A DNA stretch of 64,000 nt from Mobula hypostoma (taxonomy: Eukaryota): NCBI RefSeq assembly GCF_963921235.1, contig NC_086119.1, forward strand, positions 12,400,001-12,464,000, in the 5' to 3' direction. Below are positions 25,493 through 39,160 of the stretch, in pieces; positions within the stretch are counted from its first letter, which is position 1; each line of letters starts with the position of its first letter. A program made the position numbers and the translations under genes. The notes under the pieces were generated by a model, which made no database searches, was not told the origin of the DNA, and worked only from the letters and a program-made list of their open reading frames with translations.

Positions 25493-28400
25493 CTACCAAA
25501 GAACAACAGAAGGTTAAACAGTTCCTGATGCATGCAAAGGATAAAATTTTATAGCTATGACACATTCATAAGAACAAACTTTATAACATGCTTTGGTGAG
25601 AAAAGTCAAATGAATTACATAATCTTTTTTTTTTATTAAACAATCTAGAGCTAGAAAGTAAAAGGCTAAATAAAGTCAAATAAATGGAATGGGAGAAGAA
25701 ACTGAGGGCGTGATCACTGTTGGAAGTCTATAAAATTGATTTTGAAGATGTAAAGATTGAGGGAAAATTCTTCAGAGGCCAGACAAGGGATAGTACAGAT
25801 TTCAGTAAATACCCTTACTTGCAACAAAAAAAGTGAATAGGAGGGGGCAGAATGATTGATTCTGACATTCTCACTACACAGAAGATGCTGACCATGTTTT
25901 CCCCACTTATGACGTTTCTCTCTATTTTAATAAGAGGGAAGATTTGGCAAAAGTTTGTATTATCAGAAATACCCACATCAAGAGACTATCATTCCTTTTG
26001 CCACAGCCAGCTTTCGTGGCCACTGTTAAGAATAAACACCAACTGCTTCTTGTCCTCTCATCTTACGCAATTGATTTAACAAAACACAAGGCTTTAACTG
26101 TCTCAGCAGCTTGGTAGGCCTTGCTAGTCAAATTTAATTAAATCCCTTAAAATGTAAGTTCTTTTTTCAGAATAGAAGCCAAATCACGAAAGTGGGAAAG
26201 TGAGAGGCATAAGGAAAAGTTTACAGCAAGAAACTTTGAAAGACAGTATTAAAACAGGTTTGAAATTATGACTAGAAAACTAGAGGGTTGGTTAACCTCT
26301 TCCATTTCTATGCAGAAACAAGGGTAACTTGGAATAATATTGCATACAGTACATAATGTATTAGACAATCCTAAAATGCTTCATTGGGCTATAATCAGGG
26401 AAAAAATGCAACATCTACACTAGGCAATACTAGCCCATATAAGCAAAAGTGGAGGGATTAGTTTTAAAGCAGTATCTTAGCTGTGGAAGTTGGAAAGGCA
26501 AAGGTTTAGGGAAAGAATTTCACACCTTGGCAGTAAAAGACAATAATAGCAGTTAACGTTTCGGGCCAAAATGTCGACGGTACTTTTTTCCACAGATGCT
26601 GCCTGACCTGCCGAGTTTCTCAAGCATTTTGTGTGTGTTGCTTGGATTTCCAGTAACTGCAGATCTTCTCTTGTTTGTGAACAGCAGATCACATCATTTT
26701 TTAAGAAAGCGAAAAGATTAAGATCAGAACTTTAACTGGGAGCCAGTATAAGAATTATGGATGGATGAGACTTGGTGAAAGTTGGGACACAAGTAGCTAA
26801 GGTCTGGATTACCTTATGTTCATGTACAATATGTCAAGGTGACACTGGAAAAGTCAAGTGTAAAGGTAACAAAACATGGATGAAAGCTGAGATGGCCAAC
26901 ATTACTAAAGTACATATAGTTTGCAGTTCATCTGGCATTGCTAAAGATGCAGAAACTTCATGTATGAGAATAGAAGTGAAAGGGACTCAGGTGGATGCAT
27001 TGGAATTGCTAATTCCCTGCAGTCAATTGGCATGTTTAGTAAAAGATTCATTTTCTTAAGTAAAAGATAGCCTAAGAGAGACTCCGCCCCGAACCCTTAA
27101 GTTTCTTGCACATGCCTAATAAGTCAGTCGACCATGAAAATAAATATACCCAAGAATATTTTAACTGTAGTTCAACATTTGGCTTTCTTTCAGAACAATA
27201 AGGAAATCTTCTGTATTATATCCCATAGGGAGAAAGAAGCAACAGACTGTATTAAAATTAAATATCTTGGGCCCCTTGGTCTTTCAGCCCAGATGTAATC
27301 CCAACAGTAACTCCAACAAGACATGTGGAACAGAAGGAGGTAACACCTGCAAAAGAAATATTCAGCTAAAAGTGGTAAACAATTCACCTCCATAATTTCT
27401 ATTGACTGAATCTTCACATTTTTACTTGTTTTATATAAATATCATAGCTTCAGATAGAACTGTTTAGTTTTTCTTATATGCAACAGATCCAATGCCAAAT
27501 GTAACAATCAGGTCTTTTCAGCTACGTAAAGAAATCACAGGATATGAATAACCCATGCATTTAAAGGTCACCCTTAAATTAGTTCAACTCTAGCCACATT
27601 TCCTCTTCCAAAATTGACTTGTGCAGAGTGCCATTACATGGGTGGCCAGTATTTTCCGGTAATCTAACTGAAATGGCCACCCTCCCAGTGAGTATTAACA
27701 GCTTGACTGGGGGCTGTGGACAGGAGCCTGAGAAATATGTGGAAGCCCAAATCTTAAACTGACACACATGCAAATATGCAAGCAGCCATCACAAGCAGAA
27801 ATGTGACTCATTTCGCTTTTCCCTTGCTGGGGGCGGATTGTCACGTCCCTACTGCCATGCACAAAAAAGCTAATGAATGTTTGTATTAAGTAAATCCTAG
27901 ACCATGTGTGGTTCAAACTCATGTTGTCATTACCCGCTAATCTGTCTCAAATACTTAACACTTACTTGTCAGTTTTCTGCCCCCCCCATCTGTTTTTGCC
28001 AGGTGATAATACTAAGAATATCAGAATTATAACTGATATACAAGGAGGTGTTAGACTATCGTTTCCATAAAAGACCTGCTATATTCCCTCCCAGCTAGTA
28101 TCAAATTGAATTAACCACTAATATAACTGAACGCTGTTGTGGAACACATTAATATTTGACAAGTTAAGCAGCACAGGTTACAAGGAAGTGCCACAAGACG
28201 GATTTCCTATATTGAGTTTATCATGTTACAAGCACAATTTGCGTGTCATGTGTCCAATTTAAACTCACTGATTATCTTCCGATACAAAGGAAGCAAAATG
28301 AAATTTTGAGAGTAATAAAAAGTCAATGTTTTGGGCGAAGACTCTTCATCAGGACCTGACTACAGTCCTTTTGCCTTGATGAAGGTGTCTCGGCCCAGAA

Positions 28401-29811
28401 CAGTTTATTCCCCTCCACAGATACTGCCTGACTTGCAGAGTTCCTCCAGCATTTTCTATATAATGCTCAAGACTTCCAGAATATAAGTTGAGAGAGTGCA
28501 TTGAAGAAAAGAAAAAAACCTGCAGAGTAATTGTTCCAAGTCACCTTCGCTCACAGAACCAACTTTCTGCTACGACAATCATTCTATCCTGGATTCTTGT
28601 AATGTTTAGAGATTTTGGGAAGGAAGTTAGTTGAGATATAGATAAGCTACATTTTTTTTTAATGTAATGTTGATTTTCCTGAAATTTTCTTAAATGTGCC
28701 CCTGCAATAATTCTGTTAGATCACTCACCAACTTGTTACACAAATGGGAGTTAACTCACAAGCTAGTTCTTCAACCAAGCAGAAAAACACCAACTTAATA
28801 AAACAGATATCTGCTGTTTAGTCTTTGGCTTTATAATTATTTATGCTTTTACTTAAAACTAATCTTTTAAAGTGCGTTATTTTTCCCCACCCCACCATCA
28901 AAGAAATCCTGCCTGCTTCCTTTGCACTCTCATTTATCCTCTTCCCACTGGCCTTTCAAGAGCTTGCGTCAGAACATCTTGCACTGAAATTTTCGGTCAT
29001 AGCCGTCACCCCCAGGTGTAGCTAATGCCCGTCCCCTCCTATCCACCCCCTCCCACGCCTCCATCAACTCTGCTGCCTATAGCCTACAACTCAACAGGAA
29101 CAATCTTATCTGATTTTACATTTACACTTCAGCTTAAAATTCTCATCTCTTTATTTAAACAATCAGAATCAGGTTTATTATCACTGGCATGTGACTTGAA
29201 ATTTGTTAACTTAGCAGCAGTTCAATGCAATACATAATCTAGCAGAGAGAAAAAATAATAATAAATAAAACATAATAAATAAACAAGTAAATCAATTACG
29301 TATATTGAATAGATTTTTTTTAATGTGCTAAAACAGAAATACCGTATATTTAAAAAAAAGTGAGGTAGTGTCCAAGCTTCAATGTCCATTTAGGAATCGG
29401 ATGGCAGAGGGGAAGAAGCTGTTCCTGAATTGTTGAGTGTGTACCTTCAGGGTTCTGTATCTCCTACCTGATGGTACCTTTCAATAAACTCACCTTTCCT
29501 TTCCTATATCATTACCTCCTGTTTCCTGATCAGTAAATTCTCCATTCCGCTCAGCCATCCCTTCGTCTACCTCACCATTGGCAACTATGCCAAAATCTCA
29601 TATTCTGACAGTCCCTACTTAAACACCTTCATATCCCTACTCAGTGTTCCATCATTTTAAAAGTACTTTGTAAATGCTAGCCGCCATCCTTAAACACCAT
29701 CTCTTTCACTAAGGTTTGAGCAACACTTCTTTTACCTCAACTTTCACTATTACTTGAGATACTTTTCTACATAAAAATTGTGTAAGATTTTTACTACAAA
29801 ACCTCTTTGAA

Positions 29812-30046
29812 GATCCTGCAGATGCTGGAAATCCAGAGTGACACACACAAAAAGCTGAAGGAACTCAGCAGGTCAGGCTCCAGTTATGGAGAGGAATAAA
29901 CTTAGCACTTCAGGCTGAGACCCTTCGTCAGGACTAGAAAACAAGGGGGAAAGGAAGGAAATGTCTTCTTCGTACTTCCTTCCCAGCCCTCATGTAGGGT
30001 CTCAGGCCTTTAATCCTCTTCATAGATGCTACCTGGCCTGCTGAGG
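29812..30046. mobile_element. Further palindromic copy of the same family (other copies or remnants at ~1420-1830, 10310-10390, 13730-13810, 16450-16610, 26550-26680, 28320-28480, 55110-55160)
   Basis: Shared arm sequence ...gatgctgcctggcctgctgagttcctccagcattttgtgtgt... in both orientations. Boundaries approximate. Confidence 0.7.
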
Positions 30047-30769
30047 AAAAAAAAAATCTGTAAATATTTGCCTGTTTTATATTCTAGAGCTTTATTGAAA
30101 TGCAAGGCATGATCATAGTAAATTTATTGCCATGTTAAACTTTCAATTATAATTTACAAGGATATTCAAGAGTCAAAAGTAAACAGCTTGCTAAATTCAT
30201 GGTGACCACCAAGAACATATTCTTACATTAATCCTGTCCTTATCTCATTTTACTCTCCCTATCAACTCCCTCTGGATTTTGCCATTCATCTAAACACCAG
30301 AGATAACTTACAGTGAACAAATAACTTTCCAACCCTCATGTCTTTGGGATACGGGAGGATATTGCAGCATCCGGAAGAAACCCACATGGTCACAGAGAGA
30401 ATGTGTACATTCCACACAGACAGCAATAGGGTTACAGATTGTATCTGGGTCATGGAGCTGTGAGCAGCTACACTGTGCTGATCTAAGTATTTTGCTTGTG
30501 GTACAGGTTATCGTAGCACATGCTTGTGATACCAACCCAACCCACACTACTTCCTATCAGGCAAACTCTGATTTGTTTTCTTCTACACTTCCCGCTTGCT
30601 TACATTAGTGTAGCCCTTACTTCGTAGCACCTATATTAGCCAACCCAACTCCTTCCCTAGAAAAACTCCTATAAAGGAACTGCATTGTCTAGCCATCCAC
30701 TAACAAGTGTTCATCAAGATGAATAAGCTACAGAGAACCAAAATATTTCTCCGCATTCTGAACCCAAGC

Positions 30770-31085
30770 ACCATAGTGTAACAGTTAACGCAACACTTTA
30801 CAGCACCAGCAGTTGGAAGACTAGGGTTCAATTCCTGCTGTTGTCTTTAAGGAGTTTGTAAGTTCTCCCCGTAACCACGTGGGTTTCCTCCGGGTGCTCT
30901 GGTTTCCTCCCACATTCAAATTGCGGGTTAGGATAAGGAAGTTACGGGCATGCTATGTTGCTGCTGGAAGCATGGCAACACTTGCGGGCTACCCCCAACG
31001 TATTGATAATGATGATGCAAACAACACGTTTCACTGTATGTTCTGATGTTTCAATGTGTGTTGACAAATAAAGCTAATGTCTAAT
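30770..31085 (+). mobile_element. tRNA-derived V-SINE (other copies: + ~37335-37560, ~58820-59035; - ~1550-1740, ~30290-30470, ~31790-32050, ~32870-33110, ~41080-41250)
   Basis: Pol III A/B-box-like tagtgtaacagtt and ggttcaattcc, followed by the V-domain gggtttcctccgggtgctctggtttcctcccaca. Confidence 0.75.
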
Positions 31086-33645
31086 CATTTAATCAAACTT
31101 ATTATTTTTCTACAGCCTCTCACAACAATATCAGATCAATCTTTGTAACACTCACAACTTAGATTTCTCCGGGAGAAGGCTCAGGAACTTGAAGACTCGT
31201 ACTGCCAGATTTGGGAACAGCTTCTTTCCAACTGTGATAAGACTGCCGAACGGATCCTGACCCGGATCTGGGCCATACCCTCCAAATATCCGGACCTGCC
31301 TCTCAGTTTTTTTGCACTAACTTACTTTCCATTTTTCTATTTTCTATTTATGATTTATAATTTAAATTTTTAATATTTACTAATTTTTACTATTTTTAAT
31401 ATTTAATATTTGTAATCCAGGGAGCGGAAAGCGCAGAATCAAATATCGCTGTGATGATTGTACATTCCAGTATCAATTGTTTGGCGACATTAAAGTATAA
31501 AGTATTCACCATAAACACCAGTAGACTTGACTCGACTGGAAAGATTACCATGATTTCAGGAACTCCACCATGGTGCATTGAAAATAGAGCTAAAAACTGG
31601 TCTAAAACCACACAGATAACCGCAAGAGGAAACTTTTAAAGCCTAACCATCTGTGCTTTTGCACGGTACACAATTTTTTTTTTAAAGTTTAGATTTCAAT
31701 TCAATTTTTAAACAAAAAATTGTAATTCCACCATGGAAGAAACGATTGGCTTCATAAAATTTACAAGGAAGCATTGATCTAACACAAAGATTAAAGATTA
31801 GCTTTATTTGTCACTGGTATATCAAAACGTATAGTGAACTGTGTCATTTCCATCACCAACAGAACATGCCCACAACTCACCTACCCTAACGCAAACTGTA
31901 CATCTTTGGAATGTGGATGGAAGCTGGACCACCTGGAGGAAACCCACTTAGTTATGGGGAGAAAATACTCACTCCTAAGACAGCAGTGGAAATTGAATGC
32001 TGATCTTAAAGCTAGTGCCGTGAAGCATTGTGCTAACCGCTATGCCACAGTGCCTCCCTCAAATATCAACATATCCTACCAGAGGCAGTTCAATAACTCT
32101 ATCGTCACCAAATGTCCAATTTCCAGAATGAGAGATGATATTAGTGAAAGTTTAAAAGATTCTGACATGATTTGATAGGCTGAACTCAAGGAGATTAGCC
32201 AATCTTTGGAACCCTTGGACCTGGAAGCTCTGTTGTTGAGTTCATTCAAAACAGAGATCAACAGATTTCTGAATTTCAAGAGCATCAAGGAAAGCAGAGT
32301 TTGGGCAGGAAATTACTGCTGACTAAGATCTAGTCTCAATGAATGGCAGTGCAGGCTTGGAGGCCTGGTTAGCGCCTATTCCCATTTCTTATGTTCTTAC
32401 AATTAGCTGGAAGCAAGACTTTAAATTTCCACCAATACTGTTACCACGTTCATTTTCCATCCACATATTTAGTCAATGATCTCCTCAGCCTATACATCAC
32501 TATTTGCTCCACAGATACCATCTAATCTGCTGTGTTCCTCCGACACAGTTTTCTTTCAGATTCCAGCATCTGCAGTATTTTTTTTCTACAGTCCGTCCAA
32601 TCTTTCCTCAGTTAAAATGTTCCAGTCCTGAATGCCAGTATCCAATGCCATGCAAGCATATATTTTCCTGCAATGAGTCCAAATCCATGGGCATAATCAA
32701 CCTGCGATGATGAACTGCATATACTTCTTGTCTGTTGCATAAACCATGTTAACTTGCTCAGGATGGCACCAAACTGTGACTGCCATTGAAGTTTTAGTTA
32801 TTTTTGAGTGTTTTTTTTTGGTTCGGGGGATTTTTTGGGAACAGAGGAATTAAGAGGTCAGATTAGGGTTTTACTTATTAGAGATACAGCTCGAAATAGG
32901 CCTTCCAGCCCCTTGGGCTCTGCCGCCCAGCAACCCTCGATTCAACCCTAGCCTAATCAAGGAACAATTTACAATGACCAATTAACCTACCAACCAGTAA
33001 ACTTTGGACTGTGGGACGAAACTGGAGCACCCGGGAAAAAAAAACAAGCATTCCACGAGGAGGAATTACGGACTACTTGCAGATGACATCGGAATTAAAC
33101 TCTGAACTGCTATGCTATCGTGGACGGGGATGTGGGGGAATTAGAGGAATAAGGGAGGGAGAAACTGCGATTGCTTTGCTGTCGTCGTTTCATTGCTCGT
33201 TCTGTTCTGTGTTGTTTTGCCGAGCATTGAGGGCATCCTATGTTGGAGCTGGAGTGCAAATGCGGGCTGCTCCAACACACACTTTAGTACATTGATTGTT
33301 AACACAAGTGACACATTTCTCTGTATGTTTCAATGTACACATGACAAATAAATTTGAATCTTAAGTCATGCATATATTTTGAGCACAAATCGCCTGCGCT
33401 TACAGTCTATATGGCAGATAGCAAAGGACAGTATCCTGTGTGCATGCTTAAACCATTATCATCCTTGCTGGCTTCTTCTGCCCCACACTTAAAGCATCTG
33501 TGAACATCCATTGCAGCACATCTTCGTATTCAAGTGTACTGTACCAAGAACCACAACATGGAATACATTTCCAGATAAGCAAAAAAAAATCTAGAATGAC
33601 AGACACATTTGACAACAAAGCAAAATCAGAGGTTTTGCTACTTAC

Positions 33646-33729
33646 CCCTGCAAGACACTTCTCCAACGTATCTAATATTATCAGTTGCGAAAGATACAAG
33701 TTCTTCTCAGCTTCTGCACCAAATATTCG
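33646..33729 (-). CDS. NF1: Neurofibromin 1, coding exon 3 (RIFGAEAEKNLYLSQLIILDTLEKCLAG)
   Basis: Lies within ORF 33448..33741(-). Acceptor ctctcccAG|CGA, donor GGG|GTAAGT, 84 bp, in frame with exons 2 and 4. Confidence 0.97.
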
Positions 33730-34247
33730 CTGGGAGAGCAAAACACAGTATCAGACACTTTGCAACAACCACTTCTATAAGTTTACCAGCTGCACAAGGC
33801 AGCAAGATCTGACTTACTGAGAGAAAAAAAAACAGGTCCTCATATTTTTGACCTTCTATGGGGAGTTAATTGTTGATCGAGTGGGTTTTCTTACAGGACT
33901 TCTCTCTCACCATTCCCTTATCCAGCAGTATGAAAATCTCACTGATTAACTACATCACTCACCATTATTCTCCACAACTATCTCTGAGAAAATACTTCAA
34001 ATCAATAACTTGGATGACTCAAATGGAAATCACTGGCTTTAGTCATATATGAGCAATTTATGGAAAGGCTCCATAACAGTTAATTTTACATGAATGTGCC
34101 TCATTTTTTAAAAATCCAACTTTAAGTCACTGGTCTGTCAGATTTTATCCTACGCATCAAAATACCAACAATGCAAAGGATTAAGGAGGATCAGTGAAGA
34201 ACTGAACTCCTTAAGTAATTTTATAAGCCAAGTAAGAGCTCAAAGTA

Positions 34248-34991
34248 CAGTGGATTCCTGTTAATTGGGACACATCAGGACCGGTACATTTTAGCCCAGT
34301 TAAGCGACTGCCCCAACTAGACGAAATTTAATAGAAAAAAGACAAAGTACCACTTAACTAAGTAACAAATTATGCATTTAAATGAAATACGGAACAAAAT
34401 AAAACACGGCCAATACCTCTACAATATGAAAAACTGTATCAGTTCCTGATAGTTATCAAAGTAGGAATTCATCTGCCGTGTTCTTTTGATTAACTAAATG
34501 TACAAAATCAGCACAGACACCCACTGCAGATAATGGACTGCCTTCATACAAGGTTTTTGACAACTACATCCTCCAAATCTTTTTCATTGTAACATTCAAG
34601 ATGATTATGGATACCTTAAAATTCTTCATAATTCCAAACTTGCTGAATTTGTGAAATTGTTTCATTTTCATTCTCAGCCACTTCTGGCATTTCCAAGTCT
34701 GAATGCTTGAAATTACCGTGAACAAAACAGTTCTGAAATATCTATCAGTGACCCAAACACATGCACCTGTCGTTGTAAATATGGTGTAGTGTCTAACGGC
34801 CATGTAAGTGCACATAACTGACGCTAGTTATAAACTGTTTGGCAACTGTCTCCCGTCCCAGTTAAGCAGCAGTGTCTCAAATAAACTAAGGAAATCCTGG
34901 CTATTTTCTTATTTGTTTTTGTTCTTTAAGAGTTGTCCCAAATAAGTAACTGCCCCGATTAACCAGTGGTCCAATTAACCAGAATCCACTG
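34248..34991. mobile_element. Tigger/pogo-type non-autonomous DNA transposon
   Basis: TA-flanked TIRs cagtggattcctgttaattgg / ccaattaaccagaatccactg. Confidence 0.85.
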
Positions 34992-36480
34992 TATTCCAAA
35001 TATAGAAATTGGGGAGCTAACATTAAATTTAACTCAATTTTTAAACAAAATGCTAAAAAAAACTCAGCTGATCAAACAGCATCAGATGAGAAAAGAAGAA
35101 TTGACATTTCAAATCAGTCAATGGTCAATGACTTAAATGAGAAAATGGAAGGGTGGATTCGTAATTTTGCAGATGACATGAAGGTTGGTGGACAGTGTAG
35201 AAGATTGCACAACAGGATGGTTGCAAAGCTTGGCTGCAAAGTGGCAGATGGAGTTCAATCCACAAAAAGTATGAAGTCATACACTTTGGAAAGTCAAACT
35301 TGAAGGCAAAGTGCAGGGTTAATGGCAGGATTTTAGCAGTGTGGAGGAACAGAGTAATCTTGGGGGTCCACATACATAGATCTCTCAAAGTTGCTCTGCA
35401 ACTTGATAGGGCAGTTAACAAGGCTGATGATGTGTTGGCCCCATTACTCAGGGGGCTGAGTTCAAAAGCCATGAGGTAATATTGCAGACCTATAAAACCC
35501 TGGTCAGACCAGACTTAGAATATTGTGTTCAGTTCTGGTCGCCTTATTGTAGGAAGGATTTGGAAGCTTTAGAAAGGGTGCAGAGGAGATTTACCAGGAT
35601 GCTGCCTGGATTAGAGAGAATGTCTTATGAGGAATGGTTGAACACTGTAGGGTTGAAGTGAAAGAAGATGGGAGCAGCTTGACAGAGGTGCATGATAAGA
35701 TGCATTGGATAGAGTGGACAGGCAATGCCATTTTCTCAAGGCTGCAATGGTTAATACAGGAGGGCATACTTCTAAGGTAATTTAAGGAAAGTACGGAGAG
35801 GGGTGATATCAGAGGCATTTTTACAGAGAGTGGGCAGTGCATGGAACATTTTTCTCCAGGTTGGTGGTAGTGGCAAATACATTAGGGGTATCTAGGAGAC
35901 TTAAACATGGATGGAAGAAAAATGGAGGGTTATGGGCTTTGAAGGAAGGAAGAGTTACATTGATCTTGACATAGGTTGAAAGATCAGCACATCGAGAACT
36001 CAAGGGTTAGTAGTTTCATGTTCTCTGCCCTTCTTCAGATGTAACAGAAGCAATTTTTGCATAGTTTGCCCATTAATCAAAATACACCAAGTTATTATGA
36101 AACAGCAGGTCCAAAGTGGAGTATAATGAATAAATCATCTAGCCTTATGGTTAGGTTATTTCAAACATCTGTCAGCTTGAACCAAAGCATTTTATACACT
36201 TTTTTAGCTTTGTCTTCTGTTGCCAAATGCATGAAAAATTTAGTTGTATTCAAGTTCAAGTTGTCATTCAACTGTACACGTACTGTATATACAGCTAAAT
36301 GAAACAGTGCTCCTCTGGGGCCAAGATGTAAAACACAGTACATGCAGTGCCATACTGTCACAAAATGACAGTAGCACAAGTCCATGAGCAGCATGACCTG
36401 TAGATTGATGAGTGCAGGGATATTGTCCTGAAGTCACGTTTCTGTAAGAACAAGCACTCAGCAGGTTACCGGTAGACAAA

Positions 36481-36653
36481 GGCAATCCGGCTCATCTCAC
36501 ACTGGGTTAGCCACAGACGAGGTCAATCCAGCTCATCTCACACTGGGTTAGCCACAGACGAGGTCAATCCAGCTCATCTCACGCCGGGTTAGCCACAGGT
36601 AAGAGCAATCCAACTCATCTCACAATGAGTTAGCCACAGTCAAGGGCAATCCA
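36481..36653. repeat. Minisatellite, 41-bp period, ~4.2 copies, in NF1 intron 2
   Basis: Unit ggtcaatccagctcatctcacactgggttagccacagacga starts at 36481, 36521, 36562 and ~36603. Confidence 0.9.
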
Positions 36654-36947
36654 ATTTGCCTTCCGGGAAGCAAACACTGTGCAACAGCACCGATGGGCAA
36701 CCCAGCACGGATTCCAGTGCGTCTGCTGCATCTCTGTTCCCTCCCACACTGCTTCTGGCACTTCCTGCCCTGAGTGGCTGCAAACGGTGACAGAGCAGCA
36801 CGAAGGCCTGGTCTGAACAACAGGGGCCATGCAGCTCTCTCACCATCAGCTGATATTGACTTATCAAATCTCTTACCCTGCCTCTCCCAACACCATACCA
36901 TTTGCATGTCCCATTGTAGTTCTATCTGAATGTTTCTGGATACTTAC

Positions 36948-37091
36948 CATGTTATTTACATTTTTCAAGATGGTGGTAAGACCACTTATGACCAAGGAAA
37001 ACTTGTACTTGGAAATATTGATGAGACATTCCTTATTGTGTTCAGTACTAACTTTGGAATGGGTGTTCTGTTGCCCACCTTTAATTGGAAG
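36948..37091 (-). CDS. NF1: Neurofibromin 1, coding exon 2 (LPIKGGQQNTHSKVSTEHNKECLINISKYKFSLVISGLTTILKNVNNM)
   Basis: Manual minus-strand translation is near-identical to the N-terminus of vertebrate neurofibromin. Acceptor tccctctAG|CTT, donor ATG|GTAAGT, 144 bp, phase 0/0. Not in the ORF track because there is no upstream start codon. Confidence 0.97.
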
Positions 37092-38894
37092 CTAGAGGGA
37101 GAAAGAGATGAACACGTTACTCTTCATTGAGCTACTGGGATGTAATATTAAACAGATTTCATTTAAAGGCTTTGAATGACCTCAGTTCAGAAACATGATT
37201 TTTCAGTGCATAGATTTCATAAAGGCCAGATAATAGAGTTTTGAAAACTAATTTAATAATATTAATGTTTTCCTGAACAGGTCAACAGTAAAGGTGTTTC
37301 TCTTATCTCACTTTCAGGGGGATAAAAAAAAAGGGCAGCAGTTAGTGTAACGCTATTACAGCTCCAGCACTCGGGCTCAATTCCACCACGGACTGCAAGG
37401 AGTCTCTACGTTCTCCCTGTGACCTCCGTGCGTGGGTTTCTTTCAGGTACTCCAGTTTCCTCCCACATTCCAAAGGTTAATAGATTAATTGGTCACATGG
37501 GTATAATTGGACTTGTTTGGCCAGAAGGGCCTGTTACCGTGTTGCATCTCTAAATAAATAAATGTAAGCAGCATTTCTGGAGATTCACCTTTTAAAAAGC
37601 ATTCCAAACACACCTTTTCATGATTACTCTTTGTACAAATATAATGGTGATAATTGTCAAGGCTCCCTTTCTCCACTATTTGGTTCACCTCTGTGAGATG
37701 CCACAATTAAAGAGACAACCACGTGCCCATTTAGTTTTATGTTAGCCCATTGAAATGCAGATGAAGTAAAGTCAGGCAGGGGAAGAAAATTTAGCCATGC
37801 TTCCACATTGGATTATCCAGAAGCCCCTGTTAAATGTAGATGGATAGTGGCTAAAATCTCTCTCACTTCTTATAATCAAATGAAATTTAGCAACTTGTGG
37901 GGAATAACAGCAAACATTAGAATATGCAGGTACATAACTCAGCACAAGCGGTCTCACAATTCCACGTTATCACACATTCAGCTGCAGGGAGAAGTTTTAT
38001 TTTTATTTATGCTCAATTCACTTTCTCTGAAACAGTCACCTTTCAGTTTATTTAAATCCTCAACTGTCCTTTCATTAACCATCCCATGTCCTTGAGGCTT
38101 CCATTGTTCCACCCTAAAAACAGTGTACACATCCTGTACAAAATCTCATTTAATTCAACAAAATTGTACTGACACTTTACTTTCTGTATAAACTTTTAAT
38201 ATGATCCTTCAGGAAACTCTGACCAAAATGGAGGACTTTTTTTTAAATTGAACCATTTACATTTGCTCAGGCTGTTCAAATGAAGTACAGCTTTTTGACA
38301 TAATAATTATGGTGGACACAGTACAAATTTACTTAAGCATAATTTAATTCAAACATATTAAAATACATTACGTAAAGCAAATACAAAAATTATGAATTAC
38401 TCAAACTGAATTTTTGCTGAAAAATAATGGGATTACTAAAACAGTAACTTAGCAATTCATTTACCTACATCAATAATACATGCTTGCAACCTTTAGGATT
38501 ATAAAGCATTGTAATTGGGTAAATCTGCCACATAGCAATTATGCCATTTCATACAAATTTTAGGAGAGACTACAGGGGATGGAAAGTGCTATTACAAAAT
38601 TATAAAGTTCACAAAGCAGCTTATTTCATGAATACGGTGGTAGGAATTTCTGAAATAAAACAAAAAACCAAGTTGTGAAGTAAGATGTTTTGTTCTACAG
38701 AAGATAAAAGCTGAATATAAAACTTCAAATGGGGAATGAATAACATCATGTTCTATTGTCCATAATTCTCTGACATACTTAAAGACCACAATTGGTCTTT
38801 ACATTCTATGTGCAATACAAGATTAATGAGGCCTTTTAAATCTGTGAAGGATTTTTCAACTAAGTTATGCCTCAACTTTCCTGTAGTCACTTAT

Positions 38895-39160
38895 CACAAA
38901 CATGAGAAAATCTGCAGATGCTGGATATCCAAAGCATACAAACACACACAAAATGCTGGAGGAACTCAGCAGGCCAGGCAGCATCTATGAAAAAGACTAA
39001 ACTGTAGATGTTCCCGGCCATGATCCTTCATCAGAACGGGTCTCAGCCCAAAACGTCAACTGTTCCTGATGAAAGGTCACGGCCCAAAATATCGACTGTT
39101 TACTTTTTTCCATCGATGCTGCCTGGCCTGGCAAGCTCCTCCAGCATTTTGTGCGTGGTT
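38895..39160. mobile_element. Palindromic hammerhead-bearing element with three degenerate motif copies
   Basis: TSD ctgtagtcacttat / ctttagtcatttat (12/14) at 38881-38894 and 39161-39174. Inverted arms, with one minus-strand and two plus-strand motif remnants at 39001-39100. Confidence 0.78.

Noticed and set aside
27190-27360. Cryptic NF1 exon after a strong-looking minus-strand acceptor (atttcttttgcAG|GTG, ~27346)
   Set aside because: No convincing donor, no neurofibromin similarity, and exons 3 and 4 already join in frame.
30770-30840. tRNA gene
   Set aside because: The A/B boxes run straight into a V-SINE core and no cloverleaf can be formed; it is a SINE head.
36481-36653. CRISPR-like array
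   Set aside because: The repeats are contiguous with no unique spacers, there are no cas genes, and the context is a vertebrate intron.
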